Assembly: GCA_964035545.1 (NCBI GenBank)
Contig: OZ037767.1
Span: 24,506,628 to 24,570,627, forward strand
Direction of reading: 5' to 3'
Length of the DNA: 64,000 nt
Source of the DNA: Bugula neritina
Lineage: Eukaryota; Animalia; Bryozoa
The notes under the pieces: model-generated
What the model was told of the DNA's origin: nothing
What the model saw: the letters and a program-made list of their open reading frames with translations, nothing else
The model's database searches: none
In this document: positions 1-10,682 of the stretch, in pieces
Layout of the letters: each line of letters begins with the position of its first letter
How positions within the stretch are numbered: the first letter of the stretch is position 1
Program-made: the position numbers and the translations under genes

Positions 1-181
1 GATTATAAAAATCTCTAAGTCAAACTGAGTTCTTACTACGGTATTTCACTAACCTATCTCCAGCTCAATTGACTCAGTGAGTCGGAGCTGAGCGATGCAA
101 TCTAGTTTCATATTAAGATATAGTTAACTCACCCCACGATCTGTTGTCGTAAGACATACTGAATTTGTGAAATGGTTTGAA

Positions 182-3100
182 CTACTGCTTAGAAACACGT
201 CTACTCTTGACTGCATCAGCGTATGAAAAGATCGAGCAACGTGGTTGGGGTGCGTGATTAAGACTTTGTGCACCCGGCGGATGAATTTTGTTTCTATTTC
301 CGCCGATACAAAAGTTGATATTTCCGTAGTGTTGACAACTCCCACCTTTGCTCGATACTTTTCTCGTACGGTTTTCCCCTAGACTTTCATGCGTGCCGCT
401 TTTAATGCAGTCACATACGAAGTCTTTCAAATATGCGGGGGGTTGCCTCGTACGCTGTCCCCTTTCTAGGGGGGGTGACACGCTCACCGGTTCATTAGCA
501 GGGGCCTCTAATGGCGTCTCTACTTCACCGTTAGCGGTCACTTCTTCTTGTTCTCCGGATAGAGCCCCTCCCTCCGTGGGGGTTTGCACTTCCGGAACCG
601 GCTCGGTTTCCGGAAGTGGTGGAATCAGACTTGGCGGTGGCGGACACGCTTCTGTTGGCAAAAGCGGTCGCTCATCTCTCACCAATCTTTTCTCTCGCGG
701 TATGACCACTTCATATTCAGGTCCATGCCACCGTCGCCCGCGCGTTGTTGTCTGCCTCCTGGGCTCTAACAACGGGGGGGCTTCTCCCACTGCGTCGGGG
801 CTAGCCCAATACGGCTTCAAGCGGGACTCATTCTGGATAGACACCTGTCCTGAGCGCTCAATCTTGTACGTATGGTTGGGCATAGCCTCGACGATCACGT
901 AGGGTCCCACGAACTTAGGCTGTAACTTAGCCGCCTGTCCGCGACGCCTACGGTAATTGACCATCCACACCTTATCCCCTGTTTGGTAGAGGGGTGGTTC
1001 CTCGGAATCTTCGTGTCGCACCTTCCACTGCTGTTCACGCAGTATATCGTGTGCGGCCTTCCTCCGTTCCACTAGTTCACTGGCATACTCGTGAATCGAG
1101 TTGTCTAGCTCTGGAACATGGTAGGTGAGATGGTCAGGTACCCGGGTCTCTCTCCCGAGCATCAAGAGGTTTGGGGTCTCACCAGTACTGGTGTGTGGGG
1201 TGCTACGGTACGCACGCATGACCTGCGGCAACACCGTGTCCCATTCCTCTTGACTGCGTCCAAGGAGGAGACTCCGGAGCGCATCACCTAGCATCCGGTT
1301 GTTGCGCTCCACCACCCCGTTACCTTGCGGGTGATACGGGGTGGTCCTGCTCTGATTTACTCCCCAGAGGCGGCAAAGGTCGCTCATCAGTTGAGACTGG
1401 AATTGAGCGCCTTGATCAGAGTGTATCTGCTCGGGGAGACCGAAATAACAGAATACGTGTTGGTCTAGTACCCTGGCCACTGTCGGGGCTGACGCATCTG
1501 GGATAGCCAGAGCATCCGCCCACCTAGTAAAGTGGTCGGTTAATACTAATATCCAACTATTGCCTCTGGGGGTCAGGGGCATGGGTCCGACCAGGTCAAC
1601 AGCTACCATTTGCCACGGCCTGCCAGCATATAGCCTCCGCCGTCCCGCTTCACCAGGGAGACGGCCATGCTTACTGGTCTGGCAGATCTCACACTGTTTG
1701 ACTCTGAGTCGGACGTCCCGCTCCATGCGTGGCCAATACCACCGGAGTCGTAATTTGGATATCACTCTCTTGACCCCTGCGTGGGCCTGTTTGTGAGTAT
1801 CCCAAATCAACTCACGGCGGATGGCAGTGGGGCAGACTACCCTCTTCCTCTCCGGATGTCTGCCGCTGGCGGCTAGAGAGATGGTTAGTAAACCATCCTG
1901 CCCGATTCGCAGCGAGTCCCAACGCTGACAGTATAGCCGGAACTCGGCGCATCCCTGTCGTATGCGTTCCTCGCTGGGTCGTCGCCCTTCCCTTTTGGCC
2001 CGATATATGTCTGCCACGACTCCAGGCAGCTCTTCTTGGAGCTTCTTCAGCTCTCGGACATTATCGGCCAGTACAGGGTTGGCGCGGAGGTTTTGTACAA
2101 CCTCCGGGGACTCGTCAACCTCCTGTCTGAGTTGACCCTGGTCCCAGTCAAACGGTGCTCCGTGGTGAGCCAGCGTCTCCAACTCGCATCGCGGGGGACC
2201 TCCATCCCTCCTCTCGATGTTGAGACACTGTTTGCAACCTCCATCAGGTCGGCGACTGAACCCATCCGCATTGCTGTGTCTCTTGCCCGGTCGATGTTCG
2301 ATCCGGTATGAGAATTCAGCTAGGATTTCGAGCCACCGGGCGACCTGACTAGAGGGCTCTGCTCTCTTGCACAACCAGATCAGCGAGGCATGATCCGTAC
2401 GCAGCCGGAACTTCCTGCCATATAGGTATGGTCTGAAGTGCTTCACTGACTTGATTACTGCCAGCAGCTCCTTGCGGGTAGTGCAGTAATTTCGTTCAGT
2501 GGGTGAGAGAGACTTGCTGTAGTAGGCTACTACTACTTCTCGGCCTTCCTGCACTTGAGACAGCACAGCGCCAACATTTTGGTCACTGGCGTCAGTGTCG
2601 AGGATGTACTCCAGAGTGGGGTCTAGGTAGGCCAAGATGGGCGCCGTTAGCAGGCAGCCCTTGAGGCGGTCGAACGCTCCTTGTTCGACTGGGGTCCACT
2701 GCCACGTCACTCCCTTTGCGGTGAGCCGGTTTAACGGCTGTGCTATGCCCGCAAAGTCTGGTATGTATTGTCTGTAATACCCTACCAGCCCCAAGAAAGC
2801 CCGGAGTCCGGTCAAGTCTTGGGGGGTGACCCAGTCTTCTATTGCCCGTACCTTCTCGGGATCCGTTGCCACGCCGTTTCGACCGACAACGTGCCCCAGG
2901 TACTTAACCTCTGGCTGCAATAGAGCGCACTTGGAAGGTTTGAGCTTAAGACCGGCACCTCGCAGTCTCTCAAAGACCTCCTGCAGACGACTGACATGTG
3001 TCTCGAAGTCTGGGGAGATCACGATGACATCGTCGAGGTAGATCAGCAGTGTCTTCCAATGGAGCCCGCTGAGGACTTGCTCCATCAACCTCTGGAAGGT

Positions 3101-4813
3101 GGCTGGGGCGGAGGTTAACCCGAAAGGCAACACCTTCCACTTCCACAAACCGTCCCGTGTGATAAACGCCGCTTTCTCCTGGGCGTCGGGACTCAGAGGA
3201 ACTTGCCAATAGCCACTCAGCAAGTCTAACGTACTGAAGTACTTGCTGCCGGCTAGGGCGTCCAATGACTCGTCAATACGAGGTAGAGGGTAGGCGTCCT
3301 GTATGGTTATGCTATTGAGTTTGCGGTAATCCACACAGAACCGCCAACTGCTGTCTTTCTTCCGGACCAGTACGACCGGCGAGCTCCACGCACTATGGGC
3401 GGGCTCTATCAGTCCCCGGTCCAGAAGATCCCGTACTTGTCGGCTAACCTCCTTCTCTTTCTCCGGCCCCAGCCTACGTGTGGGTTGCCGGACAGGGACT
3501 GTCCCTGCAGTCAGCGGTATTTCGTGTCTGACAACTCCAGTCAGCCCCATGTCATGATCTCCGCTGCTGAACACATCACCGTAGTCGCGTAGTAACTTCG
3601 CCATAGCTTGGCGTTCTTTGTTACTCGCGCAGCCGCCACAGGCTGTGTCATACAACTCCCGGAGATGTGCTGAGACTGTCCCTCGCCCTTGAGTAGGGCA
3701 CCGAGGGAATGCCTCCGTCGCATCACCGAGTGACGGGCCTACGTCCTCCTCCTGAACAGAGTGAAAACGGCCCAGCATAGACCCAGCCGGAAGCTTGACA
3801 GACTCGGTAAAGGGGTTGACGCACTGCACTAAGATCTCCCCTTGCTCAGTCAGCTGATTCAGACTGCTGGCAAGTTGGATCTTTTCGTGCGCGCCTTCAA
3901 CTACCCCGAGTCCAGAGATCCGGCTATTGTTCACCCTGCAGTGAATGGTAGCCCGGGAGCGGCCTGGTATGGTACGGTTGCGTACCACCTGCACACCTCC
4001 CACTAAAGGGCGGCCGAATTTGTCGACGCAGGCGAGTTCTCGCCCGGACATCATCATCGCAGATTTACTAAAATCGATGTGACATCCGTGCCGTTTTAGG
4101 AATGGCATCCCGAGGATGGCGTCCTCCTTGAGCTGACTGACGATGAACGTCTCTTGGATCGTTTGATCACGGACTCGTCCCGTCAGCTCAATTATACCAT
4201 AGAAGGGAAGGCACGACCCGTCAGCTAGGGTGCCATACTCCCCCTCGTATGGTTCCATCTCGCCCCTGACCCTAGCACTGAGGGTGTCGAAGAGTTGGCG
4301 GCTTAAGAGGTTCGTGGTACAGCCCGAATCAATGAGGAAAGTAACAGCTTTGCCTTCCAGTTTACCGGGCAAGAAATAGCTGTTCCCATGGGGCTGCACC
4401 TGAACTCTCTCTTCAGGCCTTACTCTCGCAGGGAGTACCTCCCTCGCTTTGGGTTGCGAAGGAGGTCTCTTGGGATGGTGGTAAGTGGGCCTCGGGGGTG
4501 CCGAGGCTAGATTTCCGGCTACCTTTGTTGGCTCCCATCCAGATTCTTGGGCTGGTAGCCCTTCGAATCGATTGTGGAGGGGCATGGAAAAGGTAGCGGC
4601 GGGGCGGAGCCCCTTGCTGGTCTGTTGTGGCTGTTGCCACTGTCGGTTGCCAGTACGCGGTGCCCGTCTGGGTGACCTGCGTTTCTTCTTCCCTGGAGGT
4701 TTCATCGTCGGCCCGCAGGAGGTGGGAACATCTGCGGGCCGCGGTAGTTTAACCCCGGAGTTAGGAAGGGACAGTACCTGCGGAAATGTCCTTGATTTCC
4801 GCATTCCCAGCAA
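182..4813 (-). CDS. pol: Pol polyprotein (protease, RT, RNase H, integrase), probably expressed as a Gag-Pol fusion by -1 frameshift
   Basis: Protease FLIDSGC; RT WRFCVDYRKLN, LPFGL, YLDD; RNase H LDTDAS, KELLAV, TDH; integrase HHCC finger (H-x3-H...CEIC), AVDLVGP, HSDQG, VVERNN, and KFVGPY (GPY/F). The first residues of the listed ORF probably lie upstream of the frameshift site. Confidence 0.96.
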   Translation of the reverse strand: MLGMRKSRTFPQVLSLPNSGVKLPRPADVPTSCGPTMKPPGKKKRRSPRRAPRTGNRQWQQPQQTSKGLRPAATFSMPLHNRFEGLPAQESGWEPTKVAGNLASAPPRPTYHHPKRPPSQPKAREVLPARVRPEERVQVQPHGNSYFLPGKLEGKAVTFLIDSGCTTNLLSRQLFDTLSARVRGEMEPYEGEYGTLADGSCLPFYGIIELTGRVRDQTIQETFIVSQLKEDAILGMPFLKRHGCHIDFSKSAMMMSGRELACVDKFGRPLVGGVQVVRNRTIPGRSRATIHCRVNNSRISGLGVVEGAHEKIQLASSLNQLTEQGEILVQCVNPFTESVKLPAGSMLGRFHSVQEEDVGPSLGDATEAFPRCPTQGRGTVSAHLRELYDTACGGCASNKERQAMAKLLRDYGDVFSSGDHDMGLTGVVRHEIPLTAGTVPVRQPTRRLGPEKEKEVSRQVRDLLDRGLIEPAHSAWSSPVVLVRKKDSSWRFCVDYRKLNSITIQDAYPLPRIDESLDALAGSKYFSTLDLLSGYWQVPLSPDAQEKAAFITRDGLWKWKVLPFGLTSAPATFQRLMEQVLSGLHWKTLLIYLDDVIVISPDFETHVSRLQEVFERLRGAGLKLKPSKCALLQPEVKYLGHVVGRNGVATDPEKVRAIEDWVTPQDLTGLRAFLGLVGYYRQYIPDFAGIAQPLNRLTAKGVTWQWTPVEQGAFDRLKGCLLTAPILAYLDPTLEYILDTDASDQNVGAVLSQVQEGREVVVAYYSKSLSPTERNYCTTRKELLAVIKSVKHFRPYLYGRKFRLRTDHASLIWLCKRAEPSSQVARWLEILAEFSYRIEHRPGKRHSNADGFSRRPDGGCKQCLNIERRDGGPPRCELETLAHHGAPFDWDQGQLRQEVDESPEVVQNLRANPVLADNVRELKKLQEELPGVVADIYRAKREGRRPSEERIRQGCAEFRLYCQRWDSLRIGQDGLLTISLAASGRHPERKRVVCPTAIRRELIWDTHKQAHAGVKRVISKLRLRWYWPRMERDVRLRVKQCEICQTSKHGRLPGEAGRRRLYAGRPWQMVAVDLVGPMPLTPRGNSWILVLTDHFTRWADALAIPDASAPTVARVLDQHVFCYFGLPEQIHSDQGAQFQSQLMSDLCRLWGVNQSRTTPYHPQGNGVVERNNRMLGDALRSLLLGRSQEEWDTVLPQVMRAYRSTPHTSTGETPNLLMLGRETRVPDHLTYHVPELDNSIHEYASELVERRKAAHDILREQQWKVRHEDSEEPPLYQTGDKVWMVNYRRRRGQAAKLQPKFVGPYVIVEAMPNHTYKIERSGQVSIQNESRLKPYWASPDAVGEAPPLLEPRRQTTTRGRRWHGPEYEVVIPREKRLVRDERPLLPTEACPPPPSLIPPLPETEPVPEVQTPTEGGALSGEQEEVTANGEVETPLEAPANEPVSVSPPLERGQRTRQPPAYLKDFVCDCIKSGTHESLGENRTRKVSSKGGSCQHYGNINFCIGGNRNKIHPPGAQSLNHAPQPRCSIFSYADAVKSRRVSKQ

Positions 4814-5655
4814 AAACTGACCGTTTCCCCCTGTGGCGGCGCCGGTGGCCGTACGGGCTCAGCGGCGGTACCTACTGGGGTTTGGGGTGTCAGTGTTGCT
4901 ATCAGTTTGGCCAGCATGTCTGTCAGTTGAGTGACTTTCGATGCTGTCGCTAACTGAGCCATGGCAGCCGTGGCGGAGGTTTCCTCCTCTCGTCCTGCTG
5001 CCGTGTCCGTGCGGTCTACCTCCACTTGGCGGGAGCTCCCGCGACTTTTATGCATTTGACTTGCTAGGAGGTAAGCTTCCCCCTCAGTCAGAGCATCTTC
5101 AACGGTGGTGACTCCCCTAGCTAGAAATTGGTGGTGGAGACCCAAATCGTCGACAGATGCTGTGAAAGCGTCGAGGGTATAATTCTCGCGGTTGACTGGG
5201 GGCAAGTCGTTGTATGCGATCTGTGCCAGCTTCATGACCGTGGCGGCATGCTCCCGCAGCGGGGTGCGGGGATCACGCCGCAACCTCTGCAGTCGGGCCC
5301 TGGCATCTGTAGCAGAGAGGCCGAAGCGGGTCCGCAGAGAAGCAAAGATATTATCGATGTCTACGCCCAGCCCATAAGGCTTGGCTTTGTCCATCAATGC
5401 CATTCTAAGCTTTAGCAGGGCCACCCTAAGGGGCCACTGGGCGACGTCCATTACGTCGCTAAACTCTTGGATGAATTGTTCCACCTCCTCTTCGCCCGTG
5501 AAGGTGGGCGCCTTTAACCGGTAGCAGTCTTCAGTTAGTTCTCGCGGAACCCTTCGCTCTTCTACTACATGGTTAACAGGCATTGTCTCTACAGCATTGT
5601 CTCTACGCTCACCTTCTACTGCCGGTGGTTGCGTTCCAGCATTTTCAGTCTCCAT
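4702..5655 (-). CDS. gag: Gag protein with CCHC zinc knuckle
   Basis: 317-aa ORF starting just after the PBS; CWECGNQGHFRRYC matches CX2CX4HX4C; overlaps pol, which is in the -1 frame. Confidence 0.93.
   Translation of the reverse strand: METENAGTQPPAVEGERRDNAVETMPVNHVVEERRVPRELTEDCYRLKAPTFTGEEEVEQFIQEFSDVMDVAQWPLRVALLKLRMALMDKAKPYGLGVDIDNIFASLRTRFGLSATDARARLQRLRRDPRTPLREHAATVMKLAQIAYNDLPPVNRENYTLDAFTASVDDLGLHHQFLARGVTTVEDALTEGEAYLLASQMHKSRGSSRQVEVDRTDTAAGREEETSATAAMAQLATASKVTQLTDMLAKLIATLTPQTPVGTAAEPVRPPAPPQGETVSFCWECGNQGHFRRYCPFLTPGLNYRGPQMFPPPAGRR
4709..4753 (-). promoter_or_regulatory. -1 ribosomal frameshift signal: G_UUA_AAC heptamer plus 10-bp stem-loop
   Basis: Minus strand reads GGG TTA AAC in the gag frame (4753-4747), a 5-nt spacer, then CGGCCCGCAG, a 13-nt loop and CTGCGGGCCG. 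Confidence 0.8.
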
Positions 5656-5667
5656 CTTGGATGCACT

Positions 5668-5685
5668 ATCCCACCGCTGCCACCA
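5668..5685 (-). other. Primer binding site complementary to a tRNA-Leu 3' end
   Basis: Minus strand TGGTGGCAGCGGTGGGAT begins 1 nt after the LTR terminal CA; the plus strand ATCCCACCGCTGCCACCA resembles a tRNA-Leu 3' end with CCA. Confidence 0.85.
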
Positions 5686-5686
5686 C

Positions 5687-5995
5687 TGTTATGTTTTTCA
5701 GAATTAGGGTTGATATGCAATCCAGAGAGTCTAATTACTTGTTATAGAACTGCACCAGGATAAGTCGAGTGAACGAGTATATATTTTAAACACACTAACA
5801 CATTACAAAAACGATACAAATACATTTGACAATTTACACATCTAGACTATTCAGCACTCTAACTTCGACTGACTAACAGCGGGAAAACTATTACTGCTGC
5901 TAACTAATCCGAAGCCGCTAATTGGCTATTAATTGTTCCGGGTCAATTACACGACCCTGTATACTGTGCTGCTGGTAGCTCCACAAGCCACCACA
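5687..5995 (-). repeat. 5' LTR, about 309 bp
   Basis: TG...CA termini on the minus strand (TGTGG...TAACA), bounded by the PBS on one side and the TA microsatellite on the other. The outer boundary cannot be confirmed without the partner LTR. Confidence 0.75.
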
Positions 5996-6255
<260 letters not shown>

Positions 6256-9200
6256 CGCCAAATATTTACTACAAATTTCAAAAATAGCATAACTTAAGTA
6301 GTATTACCGTGCCTATTTGCATCCAATTTACTAGTCTTACATTTATAGCAACTGTAACGTATTTTGTGTAGAATGGTTATTGCAAGCATTATTCAATTCA
6401 TATTCACATTGTAATCACAGCGAAGCTTCAACTTTATAGCTTTGTATTTACGTGCATGATTGAGTTTTAATTTTTTTAAAAATTTTATGTGCATAAAAAC
6501 TGTGTTTAAAAACTTTACCAATAAACAAAACTAAAAAAATGTACACATAAAATAGAAAAAAAATAAAATCACAAAAGTGACAAAATTTTTCCTCTATAAC
6601 TTATATAAACTCGCTGTACCAATCTCGGCATAATGGCGCCCATATGATTCCGTAAGATTACCTAATGTCAACACTCCTAATATATACCACTCTGATATCG
6701 ACCATCTCTGTAGAATGCTAACACAATGGATTGTGTTGAGGTTAGTGAACGCTAGCCCAGGATCCTGGACTGCGGGCGCCACCAAACGAGCGCCCTAACT
6801 CGGAGTCCTAACTTCACTCCTACAGAGTGACAGGAGCTGGAGTTATCTCGCAGCCACGTCAATAACCTCAAAATAATATCTTTTTCAGTTCAGTGAGCCA
6901 AATAACCCGTATCTACCAACCCCGACACCCTGCGCGGCTCGGCCATAATGGCCTTGCAAATAGTTATGCTGTCACAGTCATACTCCTAATGATACTGATA
7001 GTGATAGTCATACTCAATCAGTGAGTCATGGTGCACAGTGTCAGCTTGAGCTTTAGTGTCAATGATCAATGTCAAATATGTATCCATCAAATTCAATATG
7101 AATATGTTATACTTATAGTTATTGTAATTGTTAGTTATAAATTGAATTATTATAATAATAATTATTAATATACTTTATTATTTATACTTATACTTATAGG
7201 AGTATCCTGTAGGTGTATCACTATCAGTGATCACTATGACTATCACAGTATCAGTATGAGTATAATTTTCATCTTGGATTCTGCCTAGGGTCAGAGCTAG
7301 TGCTACCTTGATTTTGCTCTTACTTTTGGCTTTAGTTTTACTTTTAGTTTTACACTTATAGTTTTACTTTTACTTTTAGCCTTTCATGGTTTAGGTTTAT
7401 CACCCGTTAATACTCATACTATTTTAGTATTAGTAATCACTAATGGTAATAACTATAATTAATACTAATAGTAATAGTAAGTCTGTAATGTCAATGATTG
7501 CGCAATGGCCATGCTAAGCATTGTACTTTTAACTAATAAAGTTAAACTCAATTTAGTAAATTAAAGCCTAACAAACAAATTAAAAGCATCAAACTTGAGG
7601 TTAAAACCAATAGACAATAGTAACCCGAAAGTTCCCTAGGCCTATGACTTATTGACTATGAGTATGGACATTCCAGTGGCTATGCCTATCGGTTATTGCT
7701 ATTAGAAATTTAGTATTACTCATTACTGATAGTAATACTATTACACTTACAGTATTAGTAATTTATAACAGTATAAGTAATAGAAATAATTAATTATTAT
7801 GTTACCTAATCCTATGTTTTGATTTATGTTAGAGTCTTGGACAAATTTAAAATCATCTTCCTAAATTTGTTATTGTTGCTTGTAGTTGTTAGCTAATGAA
7901 AATTTAAAATATCAACTATTATAATTATTTGATTATGGTAATGGTATACACTACAGGTATAACTATTGCTGGTACTAAATGAGTATCATTATTACCTCTA
8001 GTTAGTATATAAAGTTATTATATAAGTTATTATGTGTGATAATTTTGTGGGTTTGGAAAATTAACTGAAGAACATAACTCCTTGTAGTGAGGGATTTATT
8101 GTAGTATCAAAAAGTGTAATAGTTCTTATGATGTGTCCTCTTCGAGCTCCAGTGGAAGACTGCTCTACACTGGCAAGCTCACCCCCTTATTTACTCTTAG
8201 AAATCGGCGCCCCCTCCCCCCCTCTTAAAGTTCAGACGCCTGACTTCTAGAATATTCCATCCATCTCGATCCGAGTCTATGCATCCCGAAATCCAAAACC
8301 ACTGAACTCTGGCTGAGATCGGATTTACATGATAAAAAGTAACACCAATATATTATAACAAACAAAGACAACTTTAAAAAAGTAATCTCAAAATTCATTA
8401 CAAATGTATCGTTTAAGTAATAATATAAGTGTATGTATGAGTGCAACCATGAGTATATTATAATTATTGATAATATCATTATTACTAATAATATTACTAT
8501 TGCTTTCAGTTTTAGTGTAATATTTATTGTTACTATAGAATTATTGTTAAAATATTGATACATAATTATATTTATTATATGAATGTTTTTTCAAAACAGA
8601 AGTTGTAGATTAATTTTGATTATTTTTTGTTGTTGTCTATGTTGTTTCTGTATTGGAGCTAAGTTTATTTTTTGATGGCCAACATTAAATGAATATCAAT
8701 ATGTGGTTTGATATGTAAGTTTTCTTTGTATAGTTTTTGATAGTCAAAATGAAAACTCACTATCAGTATGTTGAATGAAACAATTAAAAAAAACAGTAAA
8801 TTTAAACTAAAATTAGAATTGGTCAGATCTATAAGAACTTTATTGCACATATAATTGAAACTTCAATTAAGCATCATCTACTAATTTGAACTTAACTTTG
8901 TCCAATCTTGAGCCTCTATCAATAAGCTCTTGTTGGGGTAATTTATGCAAGTGCAGCTTTATTACTTGTCTGTTTAATACTTCTGGCAAAACTCTAATAG
9001 CAATAGGCCTCTTTTTGTTCTGATTTAATATTGGCCTGTCATATTTACAGAGATGGTATAGTAAAGTCAACATGATCAATTTCAAGTTCAGGGTAAGTTT
9101 ACCTTCCTGTGATTTTTTGATAAATGTAGTTAATCATCGCAAGTTTGTAATTATGTAGTTGAACTTGAGCTCTTCTGGCTTAAATTTACATACCTTCCTA

Positions 9201-10682
9201 ATAGCTTGAGTAAAAACATAAGTTTCTTCTATGAAAGCCATGGATGTTGTTTTGTGTCAGCAAGGGGCCGCGCCCTGAAACAGCTGCTGTACACAGGTTG
9301 TGTTGTCCTGTGCAGAGAGCTGGTCTTGCATCAGAAACTACACGTTATTAAAGTTCTCTATTAAATTATTTGCTCTGATTAGTTGATTCAAGGTCATCAG
9401 ATTGAAACATTATCCTGATGGTTTCTTTCCATCTACATCCAAGTTTCTCATTACCCAGAGTTGAATTCTACAGGCTTTTTCATTATGTCATTCTTTTCTT
9501 TCATCAGTCCTATTTTTTCTTCTCGTGCAACACAACCAAGCATATGACCATCTTTATATTGCAATGGATCTCGAGAGTTGTCATCACAATGTTCTGGAAA
9601 GTTCTAGTAACTATTTGCATTATTATTATAACAAACTCCTGGTGTATTTTTCTGAATGCTTTAAATATTGTAATTATAGTTATGCTCTTAGTTGTTCATC
9701 TCTGGTTATATTATGTAAACCGATCTTTGACCGAGAGTCGGCAGAGTCGCAGTGCCAAAGTTCTGAACATGGCAATTATCGGCCATGTTGGGCTCCAACA
9801 TCTCCGACAGTGCCGATCATTGGCTGAAGATGGTGGAAGTTTCTGGAACAAACCTTTTGTGCACTATATAAAGAGGCGAGCTCCAAGTTGTAATTCAGTC
9901 TACAGCTGGAGCTTATAGAGGAAGGATATACTTATACCACAATACATACTATGTTATTAGCTACCATGCAACTTTTCTTATCTCTCACCATGCAAGGAGT
10001 TATGTTCTCTGATTAGTTTATTCTGAACCTACAATTCTACTACAAAATAAACATGAATTATGTTTTTTAAATTTGTTTGTCACCAAAAGCTAACCAAATT
10101 TTACTATTTAGACTTGTAATCCTTATTGTAACTACCATTCCCTCATGTTTTACAGCCATTTCTGCTGCTTTGTCTATTTAGTGTTGCCTTTTATTTGCAT
10201 TATTTAGGGTTTTTGGGTGGTAATGTCTTAAGTATGACTTATCAGCATGTGTAGTAATTTTTGTCACATCACCTTTTTTTCTAACCTCACGGAAGATAGA
10301 TATATATGTAGTACTTTAAAGAATAACTGAGTTGACTTGAAATTTTAAAATTTGAATTTTCAAGCCAGTTTAGTGGTAGAGCTGTGTGTTGTAGCAGCTA
10401 AGAAATATCATGCAATAAAATTGAGCAATAATTACTATTATCTTTCTGAAGCCACCGTCTTCAGAACCTGCTGAAAACTAAATCAGGAAACTATTGGCAA
10501 GCCATCGGAAATCTTAAATCAATTCAATACATATTTGCACAAAATTTATTAAAAAAAATATTCGAGGATGCAACCCCCAAACAGTCTGTAGATAATAGCT
10601 ACGGTATTTATAAATATTTCAATACTGCTTAGATAAAGTGTGTCAGGGATTCTTTAACAGGATTGATTTTAAACTGTTGTAG

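Larger units (their letters stand above)
1..5995 (-). mobile_element. Ty3/Gypsy LTR retrotransposon; 3' LTR lies left of the window
   Basis: On the minus strand the order is LTR, PBS, gag, pol, with pol domains PR-RT-RH-IN. Both ORFs are uninterrupted. Positions 1-181 do not match the 5' LTR, so the second LTR is not in the window. Confidence 0.96.

Noticed and set aside
124-5763. Many antisense and alternate-frame ORFs inside the retrotransposon, e.g. 348-902 (+)
   Set aside because: Expected shadows of GC-rich gag/pol sequence; no recognisable motifs, and no env-like ORF with signal and TM segments.
8225-9085. Hydrophobic minus-strand ORFs
   Set aside because: AT-rich low-complexity DNA yields I/L/F/Y/N-rich frames; no splice or motif support.
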